Below are positions 51,602 through 64,000 of a DNA stretch of 64,000 bases, piece by piece. The stretch is from Syncephalis fuscata S228 (taxonomy: Eukaryota; Fungi; Zoopagomycota). Location of the stretch: the NCBI GenBank assembly GCA_025786725.1, contig JAHLTZ010000030.1, forward strand, positions 124,001 through 188,000, given 5' to 3'. The translations under genes and the position numbers were made by a program. Below the pieces are notes generated by a model. It saw nothing but the letters and a program-made list of their open reading frames with translations. It was not told the DNA's origin and made no database searches. Position 1 is the first letter of the stretch. Each line of letters opens with the position of its first letter.

Positions 51602-53571
51602 ATGTATCCGCTACCCGCCGTGGCTATGAATCGATCACGCGCACAAGTTCCAAAGTCGCGTGCTTCACCGGTCGTCCAGTATATCGATGTAGTCAGCATT
51701 GGTAAACGCACTGTCTCGTTAGAACCATTGCTTGCACAACACTCGTTTAGTATGGACGCCAACAACATGACCGATTACGTATCTTCGGTACATGCATTAG
51801 TAAATCTATCACCGGAGCGCCTTTACACGCTAGGTGAAGCGCATTTACTTCGTCGTTTGCCCAATGCCAGTTTACGTTTGGCATTTGCATACTTGTTCCG
51901 CGCGGCATCCGCACACGGCTATCGTCCCGCGTGTGCATTGCTCGGCCTTTGTTACGAGTTTGGACTCGGCGTTGTCGGTGCCTACTCGACCGCCGTTGAC
52001 TGGTACGTTGCTGCCGGTCGTGACCAACCTATTGCACTTGCTCGCTTGGCCTTTTTGAAGAAATACGGCCGTCCAGGCGTCCCTACAGATCGTCGCTCTG
52101 CAGATGACTTTGCAAAGACCCTGGCCGCACTTCCACGCCCACTCGACTGGTTCCGAAAGGCAGCTGATCAGCACAACTTTGCTCCTGCCCACTACTGCAT
52201 GGCCGCATGCCATCACGATGGTTTGTGCGCCCCAAAATCACCAACACGTGCATTCGAATATTATGCTCGTGCAGCTGCCCAAAAGCTGCCACAAGGTCTT
52301 GCGGTGTTGGCTACTGCTACGCAGAAGGACTCGGTTGTGAGCATTCAGATGCTTTGGCTGTTCGTCACTACAAAGAAGCTGCTCGTTTGGGCGACACTGT
52401 GGCCATGTACAACCTTGGTTACTGCTACGAAACCGGTTTAGGCGGTTGCCATTCGCCAAGCAGCGCAGTTGCACTCTATCGACAAGCAGCTGAACTCGGC
52501 AATGCAGTTGCACAGAATGCACTTGGCTACTGCTATGAAGATGGTGTTGGTGTTTCGCAGTGCCCGGAGGCAGCTGTGGCATGGTATCGTCGTGCTGCTG
52601 CCGCTGGCTATATGTGGGCTCAATGCAATTTGGGCTATTGCTACCAAAACGCTGTGGGTGTACGTCGCGACCCAGCCGAAGGTGCCCGTTGGTATCGTTT
52701 GGCAGCCGAGCAAGGTCATGCTCGTGCTCAACACAATCTAGGCCATTGCTATCAACATGGAAATGGTGTACCACAAGACTTAAAGGTTGCTGTTTCATGG
52801 TATAGACGCAGCGCCACTGCAGGTAATTGCTATGCATGGCATTCACTCGGCTACTGCTACCAGCATGGATTGGGCGTGTCTCGTCGCGATTTGCAAGAAG
52901 CAGTTCGCTGTTATCGTCGTTCCGCCAATCTTGGCCATGTACCAGCTATGCTAGCACTTGCCTATTGCTTGCGCGATGGCACTGGCTGTTCCATAGACTT
53001 GGTACGTGCTGCCAGCTGGTTTGCTAAAGCAGCCGAGAAAGGCGACCCAGCCGGTATGAATGCTCTTGGCCATGCCTATGAATGCGGCCGTGGTGTTGAA
53101 CGTAATCACCAGCTAGCCGTTAAATGGTATGCACGCGCTGCCGCTAAAGACAACGCTTGGGCTCAATGCAATCTTGGCGGTATGTATGCCGATGGTCGTG
53201 GCGTTCCCCGTGATCCATTTGCCGCTGTATCTTGGTACCGTAAGGCAGCTGAACGCGGCCACACTCGCGGTATGGATCTACTTGGCCGCTGTCTACTTGC
53301 CGGCATTGGATGCCAACGCGATGAAGTACAAGCTGTCCGTTGGTTCCGCACAGCCGCTGAACGCGACCACGTTGCGGCCCAGCTCCATTTGGGCGAATGT
53401 CTAGAAAAAGGTATTGGCTGTTCCGTTGATTTAGAAGAAGCTGCACATTGGTTCCAACGCGCAGCTGCTCGCGGCAATTCCGAGGCCAGTGAACGCCTAA
53501 TGTGGCTAGTAGCATGTGCCAAGCTTATTCATCATGCCCGCTACCACGCCTACGTGCCTCCGTGTGCCTAA
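51602..53571 (+). CDS. SEL1-like repeat protein (Chs4/HCP-like solenoid), intronless
   Basis: More than 10 repeats of A..LG.CY..G.GV..D...A..WY..AA..G. The two ORFs join by a 1-nt deletion at ~52309 (GTGTTG[G]GCTAC = AVLGYCY). Confidence 0.88.
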
Positions 53572-54064
53572 TTTAATAGTATATCGTCATTACATACAGC
53601 CAACATTATAGACCGACCACGCTATGCATGTATTCATTTCAATAGACGCCACTTTATCTTTACGACCATTGGAGCTTATACACGCTCCGTATTGGTTTTG
53701 ATAAACACTTGTACGAATAGGCTATCCATCCTTGCCACAGAGTACCCATTCACAGCCGCCTTGACCAAACAACAACTACTATGGCCACCGAACGGCAATG
53801 AAAACGACGACTTTTGCCATATCTTCAATGTATGCTTCGGGATTTTACTTTTACGCTATTATTTTATTAGACCGGTTGCATATAACTTGTGTATCTCTAT
53901 GGCTATAGTGTTTGATTCATTTATTGTTTCGTTACGTTTATATTACTTATTCTTTGAAATGGGTTTATTTTTTACTTACGCATTATTACGCGCCCTGCCA
54001 GCTGCGCACTTTAGTTTTATCCACACGCGATCTACTTATGTCTTACTACTACATCGCTATTACT

Positions 54065-54096
<32 letters not shown>

Positions 54097-54790
54097 ACCG
54101 CTACTACTACACCTCTTAATGCTACTATTATCAGTGCTGCTACGCTATCGTCATGACCACTTGTAGTATCATCGTCCCTATTCTACAAGGTACATTCAAT
54201 TTCAGGTCCTTGAATGACTGGTACAGTACTTATCCGTCCTTCTATCTATTTACCTATCTTTTCAGTGCCGATTTTCTTTGCCGGCAATATTCTTTACTTT
54301 AGTACTTTGCCGTTAAATTGATATTTCTTTCCGTCTTTGGTGTTGGTAGTACCATCTTACGTTTGCTTTTTTCTCTGAATTGCTCAGTATCAATAGTATA
54401 ACTATACTCGTGGACATCAGCCCTGTATCGTTTAATAACAATACTAGTTATACTTTTATTATTGATGATGATACAGCAACTGGTTCCACGTACTAATATA
54501 GCTATAGCATTTGTACTAGCAAGTCACACCCATACACATAGCTCTTAACTTTTTATCAATTTTCTGGTTTTTAATAGATTTATGTTTTGAGTTATATATA
54601 TATATGTTACAATGTTTTAAATAGTGTTAGTGTTTTGACTTGTATTTATTATACAATAGGGATGAAACACTAATGGCCGATTCTAATTTGATCATTATTA
54701 TTAGCTATAATTAATAGCTACTCATGCTTGTTTTAACCAGTATATAAGTAATTTATTTAATTAGAACTAGGCTTATTAATATTAAGCAGC

Positions 54791-55705
54791 TTATTAACAA
54801 TCCAATGTGATTTAGTGGTCAAATGACTAAACTTGATAACATTCGCGTAACTGAACTAGAAAGTCGTTCTATTGAACATGGGACTGGATGGTGAGTTTTA
54901 TTGATGGATCACATCATTTAATCCATTATCACTTGGGGTGCCAAATGACTACATTTAATAACAGTTGCGTAATTGAACTAAACATTTGTTCCATGAACAT
55001 GAGGATGGGTGGTGAGTGGTGTCAAGGATCAAAATACTTATTATTGTAGCTTTACTATTCAGCACGAGTATATTTAGTATGCATATATCCAATATACACA
55101 TATATCTATTATTTACGCATACCATCCCCGTTGTATATCCCAACTACTATATACCAGTCTACGAGATACTAAACATAATTTATTCACTGTATATTTCAAT
55201 AAACTCTACTCATTCCAGTCATTGCGCTATATATACTGTAGCTTTCTCCTTGCTATTCGTACACTACTTATTGTATATATATATATCCTATTACATATAC
55301 TTCTACTGTATAGTAGCCATGTACTGTTCAGAACTGTTGTTCTTTTGTCGCTAGCTCTAATATTTATAAGTTTCAACTTATTCCGACTCAACATTCTATA
55401 ATGAGTCGAGTTTTATAACCATTAAAGTCAGAGCCAAACAAACAACAATTTTGAATAAAGGTTTGCCACAATACAACAAAATAGTATGAAATAAAACAAA
55501 TACATAGTAGGAAAGTATAGGCCATAGTAATGAAGTTATAGTACATATAACGCGATGACTGGAAGGAATAAAGGCTATTAAACTATATAGTAAATAAATT
55601 GTATTTAACATATCGTATAATGCTATATAGTAGTATAGACATACATTGTTGGCGATATAGGTGAATAGAGGATATATGCATACTGGATAATGAATCTACA
55701 ATGAT
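54791..55705. mobile_element. Family C element copy, 3'-truncated
   Basis: Direct repeat of 47424-48359; lacks a ~19-nt tandem duplication present in the first copy. Confidence 0.8.
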
Positions 55706-56954
55706 TTGATGACTAATATTATTTGCCACTCAGCTTCATTCTCACTAAAATAATGCGTAGTTTGTGTATGAATATTATTAAGTGCGATTATTTGGTACTT
55801 AAATCATGTTAAATTACTAATAACTACTGATAGCTTACTAACAAAAACACCATTGCAATTGTTATTTAAAGGGGCAATAGAGCGATGCATGCCAATGCAA
55901 GTATTCACAAACTCGCAATATTACTCGGTGTATTTTGATCTACTTATGATTTGCTATACATATGTCCTTAATGGTCATATTCTCAAACAACGTTACATCA
56001 ACAACAAAAAACTGGCTATTCTCTAACATGTTAAATTCCAGTTTGGACATCTTTTCATTGCAAAAACTAGAAGGCTGCCCTCTTTTCCCCTTTATAGATT
56101 TATAAACTCCGTACTTTGTCGTTAAAGGTAACACTGGTTTCTTGTTTCGTCAATTTTCCCAGCAATAAAGCAGATAACGGCAGCGCTATAGCCATAATAG
56201 AGCTCTTTTAACCATTCATGGCATTACAGCCCACCATTCAGCATATCTTTTGTATTAGCACATAGCATATAAACTACCGCTAGTATTTGATTCTCCGCTT
56301 TATTCTACTTGCTCACACACTAGATACAAACACCGCTCTATGCACTTCACTTCGGCTTTAGTTATAGCTTTCTCTTTCTCTCGCTAACTCTTTCTTCTTT
56401 ATTTCTTTCGGCTGATCAATTGGTTGGTTAGTCAGTTCAAATATTGCCTTTGCTTCTTCGTTGTCTTTCATTAACGGTGTCAGTGTCGTCGTTGTTGTTC
56501 AAGGTTACTGTCTTTGTTAACAATAACGAGTGAATAAGTGCACAAGACCAGTTTGTGTGTGTATCACCAATAACCGCAGTCTTTTATTTAACGGTCTCTA
56601 CAAGTATCACTACTTCTTCCTTTTTCTATTCCTCCATATTGCTAAACTTTATTCCTGCATTATTCGCTGCATTGCTACTAATTCTTTAACCTGTACTATT
56701 GTTATTACTACAACAATAGCTTCTTTTTTAGTTGCAACTGGCGTTGACCGTTTAGTGGCATACTGCACGCTGACTTGTTTAGCACGCATCTAGTTACTCA
56801 TCCTTCTGGTTAAGGTTCATACCTTTTTCTACTGCACCTTTCTACTATTCATATTGCTATACAGCTACAGCTATCACCACTCTATTTCTGTTATTACTAG
56901 TAATATTTCTATTCTTAGATTACAGCTTAAACTTTTATAAAAAATAGCTGCTCA

Positions 56955-59078
56955 ATGCCAACAGCAACAACTATGCAAAATAGCATTAGCACTTCTGGTA
57001 AGCTAACAATAACATGACCAATTATATACATTGTTAATCGATTTTATGTGTGTGTATATATAGATTGTACGTCACTGCTAGGCCAATCTAGGCTTGGTCA
57101 CGCAGAAAAGGATGCATCAATAGCTATAGGCTCACTACCAGCGCTAAACAAAGCCTTGGGTGGAATAACTATTGAACCAATCGACCTAGCAACAAGTCTA
57201 CCATCGGCATCCACTATAGATACATTTGTATCCGAAAGAAGCGATACTGAAAACGGAGACAACGATGTTTGCGCATCACATGCAAGACATGGTGCCCCGA
57301 TATGGGCTCTACAAGATCATGGAGATGATACGGAAACAAACGCACCCGTATCATGGATTGCACCATTGCCTAATATGGCACTTGACTGCAAAGTACACAC
57401 TCATAAACAATCTCGAACTACCGATCAGTCAATATACAAACAACCAGGTGTTACAACGATAGTATCACGTTCGTGTACAGCTTTAAATGCAGTGAAACGG
57501 CCAGCAAATATACTTATCACTGAACGGCCAGCCACTGTTTATTTGCAACCCCTGACACGCCCAGTCATCGTCAGCGCTCATTATCCGTCTCACATATTGA
57601 TCATACAATGCCTTTGATGTCATCGCCATTAGTTTCCATGAAACCAAAGGATATTGAGGACTATTTTTCAGCCAATCATGATCCAAGTCTATTTCGGAAA
57701 GTAGTATATTTTAACTGGTTCAAACTGCTTGCCATTGGATTCAGCACCTAGCACGATAAGCAGCAATGGATCAGCTTCTACCGCCTCAATGTCTTCTACA
57801 GCAACACGATATTCTTGCTTATTGGAACGTGCATTATCACGATGTGAATATCCTAAAACACCTGGTATTTGTACAACAGTCCGGTTACAGCGATCGGCAA
57901 AGAAACTGGCCGATTTCTTTGGTGATACACCACCAATGGATGTGTCGGTTAGCGAAGTGGCACGCAATGGACTAGCCATGATGTTAAAAGCCAAACTACC
58001 ATTATGCTACTTTCTACGCTGTCTACTGGATGAATTTTGTAGTGAAAATTTATTCTTTTACATGGAAATTGAACAATATCAAACATTTCCCTTTGGTACA
58101 TGGCGTGAACGACGAGCCGCTGCCAATGATCTATACCAGATGTATTTGTCGACCAATTCACGTATTGAAGTTAATTTGACTGAACGGTGTCGTCGCAGTG
58201 TTGCTGATCGTATTCGACGTGCCGATAATGATGAAGCACTTCATTATTGCTTCGACGAAGCCAAGGCGGCCGTTCTTCGCCTACTTGAAGATAGTTTTAT
58301 GCGTTTCCGCGCCGGTGTTTATTGGACACGTATGGAACAGGAACTTGGTGATACTAATCTCTATGCTGAACCAGCTCGAGATCGTGCAGTAGCGCAATTA
58401 ACACGCCACGCAGCACGACGTACACTTCGTCCACAACGCGTACCAGCAAAAACACAGGGACAACAACAACCAGATGTTGCGCCACACGATGGTGATCCAT
58501 TATTATCTAAGCTTATTGATGAGTTTCTACATAGTAAATTGGATAACTACTCAATAGTCAATTTAAACACCACGAATATGAATACTACCAGTGGTAATAA
58601 CAACAGCCATAGTCCTAACCATGTCACGCGACAAATGGCTGGCCATATACGCAGTGCATCAGCTGCACCCACGCCACTACCACAGAATACACATAAACCA
58701 CCGCCCCGTTCAAATTCACCGTCTATTAAGGTGTCAACGCGACAACAGGAAGGAAAGAAACTTCAGCGTAGTCGATCAGTATCATTAGGCCCCAATAAGA
58801 CTACTAAGCAGCAACAACAACAACAACGCAATATTATAAAACCTATTGCTACTGCACCGTCACCACCAGCACCACGGCAGCATAAAAATATTGATAAACA
58901 ACACACTTCTAGTAATTTACAGCAAAACGATAAAAAGCCGGTGCGTATAGAAGATATTTGTCAATTGACGACTTTTCTACACCCGAGTCCTGAACGCACT
59001 CGTAGTAATCATCGACTATTTGGCGCTGCCTCCATGGCCATTAAACGAAGTGTTGACAACCTACGTGGTCGTCGCTAA
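56955..59078 (+). CDS. RGS domain protein, paralogue 2; N-terminal structure uncertain
   Basis: ORF 57729-59078: KKLADFFG..LPLCYFLRCLLDEFCSENLFFYMEIEQY..YLSTNSRIEVNL..LLEDSFMRF. A probable upstream exon (ATG 56955, intron to ~57063) needs frameshifts near 57600-57710 to join. Confidence 0.75.
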
Positions 59079-59249
59079 TTATCTATGCTTATATGCATTT
59101 TGCTCGTAGCTATTATTTTTATTAAATATTATGTAATTGTTTTTCATTTGTGACCATATTATTGATAATACATATTAATGAGCTCATTTCAATGATAATA
59201 ATAGACAATTATCATAATTATGCTATTATAGTAATATGACTAAAAATAA

Positions 59250-59565
59250 TTTTTAGTGTCAAATGACTTTTATTCCTTTAATACATTCATTATTATGCTG
59301 ATAAACATGTTTTACAAAATACGTAGCTTTAGTGTCAAATGACCTTTATTCTTAATGAATTAACAAGATATAATCTACGTCATCACACTTTATTTTCTCC
59401 TTCTTCACACTTGATAGTATGTATCCATTGTATATGCATACTAGATAATAAATCTACGATAATGATTATTTTAATGGCTGGTGTTATTCACTACCCAGCT
59501 TCATGTTTACTAGTACAAATATTAGTTCAATTACGCAAATGTTATTGATTTTAGTTATTTGACTT
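59250..59565. repeat. Degenerate fragments of families B and C
   Basis: TTAGTGTCAAATGAC occurs twice; AATCTACGTCATCACACTT..CTTCACACTTGA matches ~36080-36120. Confidence 0.55.
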
Positions 59566-60321
59566 AAAAAATATACTAAATCATTAACAAGCTGTTTAAA
59601 TTGTAATTAAAAAAGATTAATTAATAATATAAATTATGGTACAAACCAACTAGTTAGATCTTAATTTTATTATTATAATTTTTTGCTCAGTCGTTCAGTG
59701 TTTTGACTAGTATAGTCTACAAGCATTTTAATAATAATTAAATTTTAAAATAAGCGACCTAGCTAGCCAAAAAGCATAAACAAGCTAAACAAACGTGAAT
59801 ATCAAAGCCAGACCTACAGCCATTCACTTGCTTTCATGTGCAATTAACAATGTTAAACAAGTTATACAGGAACGCATGATAAAAAACTGCCCATTGACAT
59901 GAAACAAACCTGATAAGAATAATGGCCTTGTTACATTGATATCTATTCACGCCCTGTGCACAATAGATAGCATAATGCTTTGTGCTATATTTGATGTAGC
60001 ACATGCAATGCTAATAAAACAAAGACCATTGATCATTCTACTTCAAGAAAGACACAGCAACAACAGCCATCTATATTTAATTAGCGCTCTTTGTTTCAAC
60101 CGGTTATGAAATATACAATGATTTGACTTGACTATTTCAAAAGTGTTCTCGGTCCCTATGTAGCAAACTACTTGATAATATTTTTATTATAAATAATCCA
60201 TTGCTAATGATTACAAGACTTTTTTTATTTATCAGCTCAAATAACTAATCAACTCTGCTATTTAACTTGAAAACTGCGCTTTTAATTGCTATTTTAATTT
60301 TCAAATTAACACTTCATCAAC

Positions 60322-61017
60322 ATGGTGCATTTTACTTCAATCATTCAAGTGGTTCTATACGCCACTGCATTAATTAGCATTCCGTCAACTGCTCTCGCAG
60401 CTCTTGATACCACTATATTGCTTCCTCCACTTAATACTGTTCAAAACACGTCACTTCTTGACGCCAGCAACATCGCAACTCTTTTGGACACGTGCGGGGT
60501 TAATGAGTTGATCCAACTTCCTTCCAAGGTTGCTCGCAACGTTAATCTTGAATTTGTTAGCGACGTTGTGCAGACTGGCTTATGCACGGTCTATCTTTTA
60601 AACGAATCACTTGGCAATCCCATCAAGCTTATGTCCAATAATACTTGTACTGTTTCAAAGGGTCTTAACTCATGGCAAGTTCCAATTCCCGAAGGTGTTG
60701 TCGGGCCCAAGGTGCTTCGTGTGGTATTCGAAGTGGTGGCAGCTGCAAGTACAGCAGTTCAAAAGCTTGTACAATGTGTTGGTGTCAACATTGTCAACAA
60801 TCCGCTTCTCCATCCGGCCCTTGATCTTATAAAGAGAGACGAGGACACAAATACAAGCATCTTTGATATGATCCTTGGTTATGATCATTGTAAACCGGAA
60901 CAAGTCATGTGCAGAGATCAAATGTTTGCAAAGTGTGACCATGGTAAGTTTGTATGGCTCACCTGTGGTCCTGGAACTACCTGTGAATACACGGGCGACT
61001 CGGTATACTGCAAATAG
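60322..61017 (+). CDS. Secreted protein with a C-terminal Cys-rich chitin-binding-like (CBM19-type) module
   Basis: Signal peptide, KR dibasic site (LIKRDED), then CKPEQVMCRDQMFAKCDHGKFVWLTCGPGTTC. Confidence 0.7.
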   Translation: MVHFTSIIQVVLYATALISIPSTALAALDTTILLPPLNTVQNTSLLDASNIATLLDTCGVNELIQLPSKVARNVNLEFVSDVVQTGLCTVYLLNESLGNPIKLMSNNTCTVSKGLNSWQVPIPEGVVGPKVLRVVFEVVAAASTAVQKLVQCVGVNIVNNPLLHPALDLIKRDEDTNTSIFDMILGYDHCKPEQVMCRDQMFAKCDHGKFVWLTCGPGTTCEYTGDSVYCK

Positions 61018-62204
61018 CAAAATGTAGACTGCAGATGGCCAATATCATTGACAGCTCTATCGATAATGCGTTTACATCCAATAACATGTCTAACCAACTG
61101 TAAAGACATTTCCTAATTTTTTATAATAAACAGTATAAAGTACTTTTGATTTTAATATATGTATATAGCATATTGACCAATAGATATGTTATAGCAATGC
61201 TATTTATTTGGTATAAAAATTCACATTTACTAATTGCTAATCTGACGCGACTCATATATTTATCTATACCATTCACATTTATATCCAAGCCATTATATAT
61301 CATTCTAGTGATCATAATATACAATTATCAATGCAGTATTAGATTTATTATGTCTATTGTGGCTATTGTACTACATTTAGCATATTTATTGTACGTAATG
61401 TATTGAATTACAAGTGTATTGGTCTAATTGTATGTAATGCTACTGTATTCAATCATTATTAATGATCGCACTCTCAAACTGGCCTGTGAATTCTTGACAA
61501 GGCGAAAGGTAGAATGGGCCAGTCACAAAGCAATCATCATTCTAAGAATCGAATACAAGTATATGCATACAAATACGCCCATACACCCACACACCCACAC
61601 AGATTAAGAAGTGAGAAAGTGAGTGTAAATCATTCAACTTCTTTTTTCCATCAACACACACACACACCAGTATAGTTTGCTGCTTTCTTCCTTTTATTCA
61701 GTATTGCTATTGTTGTTGCTGTGTTGCTATTGTTTGTCACGTTCATTGACACTATTATCATCGATAATACAACTAAATATTTTATCGTTAAACGGCCTCA
61801 TTTAACTTGGTCAGCCTTTACAAGATCCAATCTTTTTATTGATAAACGCGTGTCAAGGTGAACTCTCCTTTTACTTCAGCGAAACACACCTTAACAGCCG
61901 CACCAACTCAGATAAATATACGGATTGCTATTGCATCATCATAAAAGGCTTAACAACTTGATCACCATCTTAACTACGTAAACTGCAACAAAACAAGATT
62001 CGTACAGTAGCACTGACTCAATAGTAGCAGTCATTGCATACACTGTTGATAGCGATTGCTGCCATCACCGCTATTAGCAATAATCGTATACTGATTAGCT
62101 ACAGTTATTAGATCGACTATTAGACTTTGGTTGGTTATCGTTGCTATTTTAGAATAGAAGTAGTGGCGGTTATATCGGCAGTTTAATTGCCAGTAGCCAC
62201 TATT

Positions 62205-64000
<1,796 letters not shown>

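Overview
AT-rich eukaryotic DNA with many short (~50-110 nt) GT-AG introns. The gene set and intron style fit an early-diverging fungus (inference, not a taxonomic assignment). About 18 protein-coding genes are recognisable: a cold-shock-domain protein, CobW/ZNG1 GTPase, NSA1/WDR74, a type II NADH dehydrogenase, two RGS paralogues, a LEA_2-like protein, CGR1, DUF1746/Dsc4-like, an RTA1-like membrane protein, SAP30, a SEL1-repeat protein, a secreted CBM19-like protein and poly(A) polymerase. The main result is a cluster of branched-chain amino-acid (BCAA) biosynthesis genes within ~27 kb (20153-47172). It comprises ILV6, a divergent ILV2/ILV5 pair, and a single ~1096-aa fusion of 3-isopropylmalate dehydrogenase (LEU2/LeuB) to a complete, non-canonical (LeuC type 2/HacA-like) aconitase-family dehydratase with large and small domains. 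Three of the four starts have a TGACTC (Gcn4/CpcA-type) motif within ~120 bp, and another lies in the ILV2/ILV5 intergenic region. The cluster is interleaved with nested, near-identical inverted repeats. These include a 6.5-kb palindrome (2.2-kb arms) whose spacer holds a decayed zinc-knuckle ORF interrupted by a solo-LTR-like insert. Several single-base deletions in short homopolymers inside conserved genes look like long-read consensus errors rather than biology.
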